The position numbers were made by a program, and so were the translations under genes. A stretch of DNA of 64,000 nt from Gemmatimonadota bacterium (GTDB lineage: Bacteria; Gemmatimonadota; Gemmatimonadetes; Palauibacterales; Palauibacteraceae), in assembly GCA_046758745.1 (NCBI GenBank), contig JBHIAV010000003.1, positions 1 through 64,000 on the forward strand, written 5' to 3'. This document shows positions 9,981 to 18,571 of the stretch, one piece after another. Under the pieces are notes generated by a model that did not search any database, was not told where the DNA came from, and saw only the letters and a list, made by a program, of their open reading frames with translations. Positions within the stretch are counted from its first letter, which is position 1; each line of letters opens with the position of its first letter.

Positions 9981-11294
9981 TCACCGCTGCAACGTTTCTG
10001 GAGAGGGAGCCGTGAAATCGGCGGCCCCGCGCCGCAGACCGGGCAGAGCGAGCGCCAGTAGCCCGGCAGACGCTCCCGCGACTCCCGCCCCCATGAGGAA
10101 GGCGACGGGCGGGCCGAACGCCTGCCATACCACCCCGAAGATGAGACTGGCCGGGAGCGCGGCGATCCCGACCGCAGCGTGGAACGCGCCGTACGCCCGC
10201 GCCCGGAGGACCGCCGGCGCGAGGGAAGAGACGAGCGCCTTCTCCGGGGACTCGGTGAGGCCGAAGAAGAGTCCGTAGACGAGGAAGAGACCCCACGCGG
10301 CGGCCGGTCCCCCGGCGAACGCGAAGCCGGCATAGGTGATCGCGTACACCAGCCACCCGATCACGATCACCCTCCCGGGACCGAGCCGGTCGGCGAGGAC
10401 TCCGCCCGGGACGCTCCACGTCATCTTGCTCACGTGGAAGGCACCCCACAGGAGCGGAAGCGCCGCCGCCGACACCCCGAGCTCCCCGGCCCGGAGAAGG
10501 AGGAAAGCGTCGGAGGCGTTGCCGAGGGTGAAGAGGAGGAGGATCGCCAAGTACCGGAAGAAGTCGCTTCCGAGATCCCGCAGCCGGCCGCCCTCTTCCG
10601 TTTCGAGCGTGCCGGGTTCACGGGCGGCCGCCGGCCCCAGCGCCCGCAGCCGGCCCTTCTCCGTTTCGAGCGTCCCGGGCCCACGAGCGGCCGCCGGCCC
10701 CAGCTCCCGCACCCGCCACGCGAGCACGAGCAGCGCCGCGGCGGCGGGGAGGGCGGAGAGCGCGAACACCAGCCGCAGCCGGCCCGGAAAGACGAGCAGG
10801 AGGAGCGCCGCGATCAAGGGTCCGGCGAGCGCGCCGGCGTGGTCGGCGGCACGGTGCACCCCGAAGGCGAGGCCGCGCCGCTCCGCTTCGACGGAGTCGG
10901 CCAGCAGGGCGTCCCGGGGGGCGGTGCGGACCCCCTTTCCCACGCGGTCCGAGAAGCGGATCGTCAGCACGTGCCAGGGGGCTGCGGCCAGGGCCATCAG
11001 CGGCCTCGCGGCCCCGGCGACGGCGTATCCCCACCCTACGAGGAGCTTGCGCCTCCGGAGCCGATCCGACAGCCAGCCGCCCGCGAGCTTCACCAGGCTG
11101 GACGCGCTCTCCGCGACCCCTTCGACCAGCCCGAGGAAGGCGGGACCCGCGCCCAGCGTTCCGACCAAAAAGAGGGGGAGGAGCGGGTAGATCATCTCGC
11201 TCGCCGCGTCGTTGAGGAGCGAGATGAGCGCGAGCGCGCCGACATTGCCGTGGAGGAGGCGGCGGAGCGTGGGCCGGCGAGTCGGAAAGCTCAT
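9981..11294 (-). CDS. MFS transporter
   Basis: NDAASEMIYPLLP, GWLSDR, DRVGKGVRTAPRDALLA; about 12 hydrophobic segments. Confidence 0.9.
   Translation of the reverse strand: MSFPTRRPTLRRLLHGNVGALALISLLNDAASEMIYPLLPLFLVGTLGAGPAFLGLVEGVAESASSLVKLAGGWLSDRLRRRKLLVGWGYAVAGAARPLMALAAAPWHVLTIRFSDRVGKGVRTAPRDALLADSVEAERRGLAFGVHRAADHAGALAGPLIAALLLLVFPGRLRLVFALSALPAAAALLVLAWRVRELGPAAARGPGTLETEKGRLRALGPAAAREPGTLETEEGGRLRDLGSDFFRYLAILLLFTLGNASDAFLLLRAGELGVSAAALPLLWGAFHVSKMTWSVPGGVLADRLGPGRVIVIGWLVYAITYAGFAFAGGPAAAWGLFLVYGLFFGLTESPEKALVSSLAPAVLRARAYGAFHAAVGIAALPASLIFGVVWQAFGPPVAFLMGAGVAGASAGLLALALPGLRRGAADFTAPSPETLQR
10577..10710. repeat. In-frame tandem duplication (~63-66 bp) in the MFS central loop
   Basis: Encodes LGPAAARGPGTLETEKGRLR / LGPAAAREPGTLETEEGGRLR. 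Confidence 0.85.
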
Positions 11295-11669
11295 CTCCTG
11301 CCGCCTTCCGGCCGGCCTTGAAGCCGTAGCCGCGAGGATCCGCTGCGGGACCGCCGAACCCACACCTCGAGCGGGCGACCGGCCCGGAGAGGGGAGGCGG
11401 GCCCGGCTTCCTCCTTCATCACGCGCCCTCCTGGTTCAGAGCGGCGTCGCGAAGCCCCGCACACCGTAACCTCTCGCTCGTGGGCAAGGCGAGCCGGACG
11501 GACCAGCGGCGCTCCGCGGCCGGCCCGGCCCGGCGGCGTGATGCTCGGCGCACGGAGCCAGCCCCACTCCCAGGCCTCGTATCGGCTGCCACATGCAACC
11601 CGGGCGTCGCCCGGCGTGTTACCCCTCCAGACCCGGAGAAACTCTTCCCGCCGACGAAACGGAGACGAC

Positions 11670-12695
11670 ATGATGCGCACCCTGTCGCGACGAGACTTTG
11701 CCCGAACGCTCGGCACGGCCGCCGTGGCCGCGCCGCTTCTCCCCGAATCGCTCGCCGATCTGCTCCCGCGCTTCCACGGGAGCTTCTTCAAGTGGAAGAA
11801 GGTGAGCAACCGGGTTCGCGTCGCGTTTCGGGGCGGCGGCAACGCCATGCTCGTCTCGAAGGGAAAGCGCGCCGTCCTCGTCGACTGCAAGAACTTCGGG
11901 TTCGGCGGAATCCTCCGGCACGAGGCGGAGGAGATCGGCGGTCGCCTGACCCACGTGATCAACACCCACCATCACTCGGACCACACCGGCGGCAACCTCG
12001 CTTTCGCGGGAGAGGTGGAGCACATCGGCCAGGCCAAGCTGTCGGCGCGGGTCGTCGCCCTTACGGAGCGGCTTCGGGACCGGGTAGCCGGCAGCCCGGA
12101 GCAGTGGGTGGCTCAGGTGCGTGAGAGCTGGCGCCAGCAGTCTGGGTCGGAACCGGATGCCGAGTTCGTCGAACGACTCGAGGCTTTCGCGCGGCGCGTG
12201 GCCTCGCTGGAGCCCGCCCGGTCCGCTCCGTCGACCGGCTTCGACCGCGAAGCCGAAGTGCGAGCCCCGGCCGGACGCTTCGAGCTTCGGCACGTGAGCA
12301 ACGGGCACACGGACAACGACGCGTTCATCCATCTCCCGGAGGAGAACCTCGTCCACGCGGGCGACCTGCTCTTCCATGAGCTGCATCCGTACATCGACGT
12401 GGGGGCTGGCGCGACCACGGAGGGGTGGCAGCGCTGTCTGGAGGCGCTGATCGACTTGTGCGACGAGCGGACGGTGGTCGTCCCTGGCCACGGTGAGATC
12501 ACCGATCGGAGGGGGCTCCGCAGACAGTCCGAGTACTTCGACCGGCTGCGCGAGCTGGTGGGTGAGGCGATGGGAGAGGGGCGGTCCCGGGAGGAGATCA
12601 CGGAGCTGAGGCCGGCATGGACGGAGAGATACGGCCACGAGGAGTTGCGGTCGCACGCTCTCGGCGTCGTATACGACGAACTGTCGGCAAGCTGA
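11670..12695 (+). CDS. MBL-fold metallo-hydrolase (Tat-exported)
   Basis: Tat motif SRRDFAR; THHHSDHTGG, GHTDND, AGDLLF, VPGHG. Confidence 0.88.
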   Translation: MMRTLSRRDFARTLGTAAVAAPLLPESLADLLPRFHGSFFKWKKVSNRVRVAFRGGGNAMLVSKGKRAVLVDCKNFGFGGILRHEAEEIGGRLTHVINTHHHSDHTGGNLAFAGEVEHIGQAKLSARVVALTERLRDRVAGSPEQWVAQVRESWRQQSGSEPDAEFVERLEAFARRVASLEPARSAPSTGFDREAEVRAPAGRFELRHVSNGHTDNDAFIHLPEENLVHAGDLLFHELHPYIDVGAGATTEGWQRCLEALIDLCDERTVVVPGHGEITDRRGLRRQSEYFDRLRELVGEAMGEGRSREEITELRPAWTERYGHEELRSHALGVVYDELSAS

Positions 12696-12743
12696 TCTCG
12701 CTCCCGCCGGAGCGAGCGGCCGCGCCCGTCGAAGCGCTTCCGC

Positions 12744-14630
12744 CTAGATCTCGATCTGCGTCCCGAGCTCGACGACCCGATTCGGCGTCAGCCGGAAGAA
12801 ATCGGTGGGCGACTGGGCGTTGTGCGACAGCACGGCGAAGAGCCGCCGGCGCCACCTCGCCATGCCGGGGCGGCGTACCGGGATCAGCTTCTCCCGCCCG
12901 AGGAAGTACGTGGTCTGCATCGGCTTGATATCCAGCCCGCACTCCGGGCTCGCGAGGGCGTAGGGAACGTCGGGGTCCTGCGCGAAGCCGTAGCGCAGCG
13001 TCACGCGAAAGATGTCGGCCCCCAGCGGCTCGACCGTGACCCGCCGCTCCCTCGGCACGTAGGGCACCTCTTCCGTCACGACCCGAAGGAACAACACCCT
13101 CTGATGCAGCACCTTGTTGTGCTTGAGGTTGTGAAGCAGGGCCGGCGGCGTGCCCCTCCCGCCTCCGTACATGTACACGGCCGTTCCCTGCACGCGGGTG
13201 GGCGGGTTCGTCTCGACCTGCCGAACGAACAGATCCATGGGCAAGACACGCGAGCTCATCCTCTGCGCCAGGATCCTTCGCCCCGTGCGCCACGTCGTCA
13301 TCATGACGAAGACGGCGGCGGCGATGACGAGCGGGAACCAGCCGCCGTGTGGGATCTTGGCGAGGTTGGCGCCCCAGAAAGAGAGGTCGGCGATGAGGAA
13401 GGAGGCGACGAGGCCGGCCGCTGCCCAACCGGGCCATCCCAGCCGGGCCCGCGCCACGAAGGCGAACAGAATGGTGGTGAACACCATGTCGGTGGTCACC
13501 GCGACCCCGTAGGCGGCCGCCAGCGCGCTCGACGTGCGGAACCCGAGGACGAGACCGATCGAGGCCACCGCCAGGGTCCAGTTGATGCCCCCGATGTAGA
13601 TCTGTCCGATCTCCCGACTCGAGGTATGCTTGACGCCGACTCGCGGGAAGTAACCCAGCTGGACTGCCTGCCGCGTGAGCGAGAACGCCCCGGAGATCAC
13701 CGCCTGCGACGCGATGACGGTGGCGACCGTCGTCAGCACCACGAGCGGATACAGGGCCCACCCCGGCGCCATGCGGAAGAAGGGCTGCTCGAGGGCCGCG
13801 GGCTCCGCCAGGACGAGCGCCCCCTGACCCAGGTAGTTCAGCAGCAGCGACGGGAGCACAAACGCGAACCAGGTGATCCGGATCGGCCGGCGGCCGAAGT
13901 GACCCATATCGGCATACAGCGCCTCCCCACCCGTCACCACCAGGAACACGCTGCCCAGGACGAGGAACCCTTTCGTTCCGTTCTCCATGAAGAAGCGCAC
14001 GGCGTGCGTGGGGCTGAGCGCCGTCAGCACGGCGGGGTGCCTCCACAGCTGTGCCACGCCGAGGAGAGCGAGTACGCCGAACCAGACGAGCATCACGGGC
14101 CCGAACACGGCACCGACCGTCGCCGTGCCGCGTCTCTGGAAGGCGAACAGGGCCATGAGGATCAGCACGGTGATCGGGATCACGTACGGGGAGAGGACAG
14201 GGGCGGCCACCTCCAGCCCTTCCACGGCGCTGAGCACGGAGATGGCCGGCGTGATCATGCTGTCGCCGTATAGGAGAGCCGCCCCGAACAGGCCCGTCAG
14301 CATGAGGAGCCTGCGCCGGCCGCGGGGTTCCGCGAAGGGCGGCATCACCAGGGCGGTGAGCGCGATGATCCCCCCTTCGCCGCGATTGTCGGCTCGCATC
14401 ACGAAGGCGAGGTACTTGACGGAGATGACGACGATCAGCGACCAGAAGATCAGCGACAGGACGCCCAACACCCCGGCCGCGTTCGGCTCGACTCCGTACG
14501 AGCCGTGCAGCGACTCCCGCAGGGCGTAGATGGGGCTGGTGCCGATGTCGCCGTACACCACGCCGAGCGCCGTGAGAGAGAGGACGGCCAGATATCGGCC
14601 GCGGGGCTGGTCGGCTGGACGAGCTGTCGT
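12744..14630 (-). CDS. kup: Potassium uptake transporter Kup (start non-canonical or uncertain)
   Basis: ALGVVYGDIGTSPIY, GEGG, GGEALYADMGHFG, ASQAVISG, GQIYI; first helix lies upstream of the first in-frame GTG (14561); proposed ACG start at 14630. Confidence 0.9.
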   Translation of the reverse strand, partial: TTARPADQPRGRYLAVLSLTALGVVYGDIGTSPIYALRESLHGSYGVEPNAAGVLGVLSLIFWSLIVVISVKYLAFVMRADNRGEGGIIALTALVMPPFAEPRGRRRLLMLTGLFGAALLYGDSMITPAISVLSAVEGLEVAAPVLSPYVIPITVLILMALFAFQRRGTATVGAVFGPVMLVWFGVLALLGVAQLWRHPAVLTALSPTHAVRFFMENGTKGFLVLGSVFLVVTGGEALYADMGHFGRRPIRITWFAFVLPSLLLNYLGQGALVLAEPAALEQPFFRMAPGWALYPLVVLTTVATVIASQAVISGAFSLTRQAVQLGYFPRVGVKHTSSREIGQIYIGGINWTLAVASIGLVLGFRTSSALAAAYGVAVTTDMVFTTILFAFVARARLGWPGWAAAGLVASFLIADLSFWGANLAKIPHGGWFPLVIAAAVFVMMTTWRTGRRILAQRMSSRVLPMDLFVRQVETNPPTRVQGTAVYMYGGGRGTPPALLHNLKHNKVLHQRVLFLRVVTEEVPYVPRERRVTVEPLGADIFRVTLRYGFAQDPDVPYALASPECGLDIKPMQTTYFLGREKLIPVRRPGMARWRRRLFAVLSHNAQSPTDFFRLTPNRVVELGTQIEI

Positions 14631-14732
14631 GACGGCTTCTCCGAAAGCGGTGCCCCGGTCCGGGGGAGGGCCAATGTTACGGGATCCGGCGTCCCCGGTC
14701 GAGGTGGTTGGGCAGGTCGGCGGGTCGGCGGC

Positions 14733-15692
14733 TCAGTAGTCGGTCGTCACCGTCCGGTGGTGCGGGGCGTCCACGCCGAAGCCGCGCCGCCACAGGAGGA
14801 AGTCGAGGCGCATTCCGTCCAGCTCGGCTCCGAGTTCGCGGGCCCGCTCCACGAGCAGGTGGCAGGCCGCCACCGTGGCGATCCGGATCTCCGTCTCTTC
14901 CGGACCTCCAGCGGGGAGCGGAATCAGACTGTGCACGCGTCGCGCCAGTTCATCCGAGTACGCGATCACTCCCTCCGCCCGTAGAGCCCGCGGCAGCATA
15001 TAGTCGGCGTACACCGTGAGACGCTCCGGGGCCTCGAGCCCGGCCGCGCCGAGGGCCACGCGACGGCCGTGCAACATGCCCGCCGCCAGCTGCGCGCGCT
15101 TGAGGAAGGTGAGCCGGACTCCTGAGTGCACGCGGCTGTCCTCGTAAGAGGGGAAGGTGCGGGCGAGAAAGCGGGCGTGTCCGGAGGCATCGGCGGGTGC
15201 CGCCGCCACCGCATTCTCGAGTCGACCGCCGAACTCCCGGTTCAGGTTACGGCCGATCGCCTGCAGGATGGCGATCCGCCGCTCGCGGAGCTGGAGCGCT
15301 CCGCTACCCTGCTCGAAGATGCGACGCGGTCCCTCCGGTCCCTCCTCGACGAGGTAGCGACCGTCGCCCAGCTCGATGCCGGCGTCGAGCGCGTTGCGCA
15401 GGGCGCCGAAGAGCGCCATGGCGTCCACCTCGCGGCGGCCGCCCGCCTCGACGCTCCACATCTCCTCGCCCTCGGGTACCCAGTAGCAGAAGTTGATGGC
15501 GTTGCCGAGCCACACGATCGCATCGAGATCCGGACCGGGCTCCTCGGGAAGGTGGAGGTGCTCCCAGGGCGGGAGCGCCGGCGGGTGGTCGCACAGCTCG
15601 CGGGCGAGCTCCCCGATTCGGCCTGTGTCGAGCGCGACGTGGCGCAGGGCGCTGCGGAGGAGCGCGCAGGGACGGCCGAGGCGATCGATCAC
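14733..15692 (-). CDS. Queuosine salvage protein (Qng1/DUF2419-like)
   Basis: NAINFCYW, FPSYED, FLKRAQL, LTVYADYMLP, ETEIR, LDFLLW, PHHRTVTTDY. Confidence 0.85.
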   Translation of the reverse strand: MIDRLGRPCALLRSALRHVALDTGRIGELARELCDHPPALPPWEHLHLPEEPGPDLDAIVWLGNAINFCYWVPEGEEMWSVEAGGRREVDAMALFGALRNALDAGIELGDGRYLVEEGPEGPRRIFEQGSGALQLRERRIAILQAIGRNLNREFGGRLENAVAAAPADASGHARFLARTFPSYEDSRVHSGVRLTFLKRAQLAAGMLHGRRVALGAAGLEAPERLTVYADYMLPRALRAEGVIAYSDELARRVHSLIPLPAGGPEETEIRIATVAACHLLVERARELGAELDGMRLDFLLWRRGFGVDAPHHRTVTTDY

Positions 15693-15879
15693 GGGATTGC
15701 GGGGAGCACGGAGAAGCGGAGAGTCAGGGCGTGACACGCCCGTCGCCGGCCAGTTGCGTGGGGTGATGGTATCCGCACGGCGTCGGGAAGATCCGGGGGG
15801 AACCTTTCCGGGACGCACGGCCTTGTCCGGACGGACGGCAAGCACGCAAGATGAGCCGCAATCGGAGGGAGAGACCCTG

Positions 15880-16392
<513 letters not shown>

Positions 16393-16393
16393 G

Positions 16394-16987
16394 CTATCCC
16401 TCCTCGATCTCCACCGGCGGCGCGATACGCTCCAGCGCCTCCCCCAGCTCGGTGTAGGCCATCGGGTCGATCTCGCGGAACGGGGCCGCCCGCCACGCGA
16501 CCCGCCCGTCGGCATCGATGATGTAGAGAGTGCGGTTGTCGATGAACCCGCCGTCCCTCGTGCGGCGCACGGCGCCGTACCGGCGGCCCACCACCGAGGC
16601 GCTGTCGCTGGCGAAGAGCTGGGGAAAGGCCTCGTCACGGGCCCACGAGTGGAGCGCTTCCGGCGTGTCGGCGCTGACGGCGAGGACGACGATCCCCCGA
16701 CCCCCATGGAAGAGACTGGCGTACTGGTCCCGGTACGCTCGCATCTGGATCGTTCACCCAGGCGTCCGGGCCTGGAAGAAGAAGGCGAGGACGACGGTCT
16801 GACCGCGGAAGTCGCTCAGCCTCACAGGATCCCTGAGGATCCCGAAGCGGGTGGCGCCGGGAAGGGCGAAGTCCGGCGCCATATCGCCGACTTCGAGAAG
16901 GGGATACTCCTCGACCTGGCCGGACGCGGCGCCCGGTAGCGACAGCAGCGCGACGAACGGAAGCGCGGCCCACCGAACCTCGATCAT
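16394..16987 (-). CDS. Selenocysteine-containing peroxiredoxin (AhpC/TSA, BCP-like), exported
   Basis: Two track ORFs join in frame across TGA at 16754-16756: VGDMAPDF..VVLAFFFQARTPG-U-TIQMRAYRD..AVSAD..NRTLYIID; SECIS-like hairpin follows. Confidence 0.88.
16712..16753 (-). promoter_or_regulatory. Putative bacterial SECIS element
   Basis: After a 15-nt spacer from UGA: stem GCGUAC / loop CGGGACCA / GUACGC, with a possible lower AGAUG/CAGUCU stem. Confidence 0.7.
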
Positions 16988-17115
16988 GCGATTCAGCCCT
17001 GCTCTGATCCGAGAACGCCCAACGCGGCGGGAGCGGTAAAGCTGGGCCTTCGTCCGCGTCGCCGCCAGCCGCTCCGTGTCGCGGCCCGGGAGGAGCGCCG
17101 CGTTCACACGGCTCT

Positions 17116-18465
17116 CTACCTCTCGGCCGCGACCACCGGCCCCTCCTCCCAGTTCTGCACGCTCGAGATGTCGGGCATCCCCCAGCCCTCCCCGTTCCAC
17201 CCTTGGAAGCCCTCCAACCGGAAGGCCCAGAATCCGGTGCTCATGTCGCTCACCACGATGAGCCCATCGGCGTTCCGCACGTCCACCCCGAAGGCGCCGT
17301 TGCACATCTTGTCCGAGCACATCCCGGTCTTGTGCGGTCCGAGGTAGGTGTCGTAGTAGCCGACCGTCACCGGATTCCTCGGATCCATCATGTTGAACAC
17401 CTGGAGGCCGTCCTCGTACCCGGATACGAAGACGTACGGCCAGCGCACCTCATGGTTGTGAGAGAGGTTGTGCCAGTCGGCGGTCCATGCGGCGATCGGC
17501 TGGGTGATCGTCGCCACCTCCCCGTCCAGGGCGGGTTTGAGGTCGAAGATGCGGAGGGGGGCGTACTGGTACTCGGTCTCCGCCACCGCGTAGCGGCCGT
17601 CCGGGGTGGGGGTGAAGGTGTGACCGTAGTTGATCCCGTTCGCGCCGGTGATCGACGCGATGAGCTTCGGGTTCTCGAGGTCGGACGCGTCGAACACGTA
17701 GTAGCCCCCGGTCCCTCCGCCGTAGAAGCGGTCCTGTCCGCTCGGCGGGTGGTAGCCGACGTACAGATCGTGGTAGCTCCCGCTGCCCCCCTGGGAGAGC
17801 GGATTGTCGGGGAGCGGGATCGTCGCCACGAGCACGTCGTCCCGGTCGCCCTTCACGAACCTCCCGAGGTCGTACACGTTGGCCCGCGGGGCGCTAACGG
17901 TGGTGAAGAGGAGCACCCGACCGTCCGAGTGCTTGTAGATGAAGATGTTGTGAAAGCCGACGGGCGTCTCCGGCGCACGGAGGCGGCCGACCTCCTTCAC
18001 CTTCGAGACGTCCGGGAGCCCCGTCACGTCGAACACGATGGCGCCCACGTCGCCGTCCGGGCCGCCCGGGAAGAACTGGGTCGACTGCACGAGGTAGTAC
18101 CGGCCGTCGTACTTGAAGTACTTCGGATCCATCCCGCCCAGCCCCTGATGCAGCTCCACGTTCTCGATCCGCCACCGGTAGATGCGCTTGGCGTTCCGCG
18201 GGTCACGCAGATCGATGATGTCGAAGCCCTTCTCGGAGCCCTGCATGCGTCCCACGTACGCGAAGGGACGGGAGAGCTCCTGCTCTATCGCCACATCGCT
18301 GACCGTGAGCGGCGCGCCGAGCGGGATGTGCGACAGGACCTCGACGTTCGGGCTGCGGGCCGGGAGCGTCTGGCTCTGTGCCGCCCCCCAGACGGGCGAA
18401 ACGGCCACCAGGCCGGCCGCGATCGAGAAGGCGGCGATCCGGCCCGCCGCGGTCCGCTTCGTCAT
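17116..18465 (-). CDS. Secreted LVIVD-repeat-like beta-propeller protein
   Basis: Signal peptide; repeated blade motifs FDIIDLRDP, IVFDVTG, YYVFDASD, LRIFDL, LQVFNMMDP; GAGGTG SD. Confidence 0.78.
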   Translation of the reverse strand: MTKRTAAGRIAAFSIAAGLVAVSPVWGAAQSQTLPARSPNVEVLSHIPLGAPLTVSDVAIEQELSRPFAYVGRMQGSEKGFDIIDLRDPRNAKRIYRWRIENVELHQGLGGMDPKYFKYDGRYYLVQSTQFFPGGPDGDVGAIVFDVTGLPDVSKVKEVGRLRAPETPVGFHNIFIYKHSDGRVLLFTTVSAPRANVYDLGRFVKGDRDDVLVATIPLPDNPLSQGGSGSYHDLYVGYHPPSGQDRFYGGGTGGYYVFDASDLENPKLIASITGANGINYGHTFTPTPDGRYAVAETEYQYAPLRIFDLKPALDGEVATITQPIAAWTADWHNLSHNHEVRWPYVFVSGYEDGLQVFNMMDPRNPVTVGYYDTYLGPHKTGMCSDKMCNGAFGVDVRNADGLIVVSDMSTGFWAFRLEGFQGWNGEGWGMPDISSVQNWEEGPVVAAER

Positions 18466-18571
18466 GGAAGTCACCTCTCGCCGGGAGTCGTGCATCTTCG
18501 AATCGTATCTCGAAAGAGATTTATATGAATAGGGTCAACTTTCCCAGCTAGGCCGAATAAAGTAGTGCCAA

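Noticed and set aside
14733-14735. Selenocysteine read-through fusing the Q-salvage gene to kup
   Set aside because: The TGA follows the natural family C-terminus (HRTVTTDY), is not in a redox motif, and I see no convincing SECIS
16394-16987. Peroxiredoxin as a nonsense pseudogene or two separate genes
   Set aside because: The stop is TGA exactly at the catalytic Cys position, both halves are intact, and a SECIS-like hairpin follows
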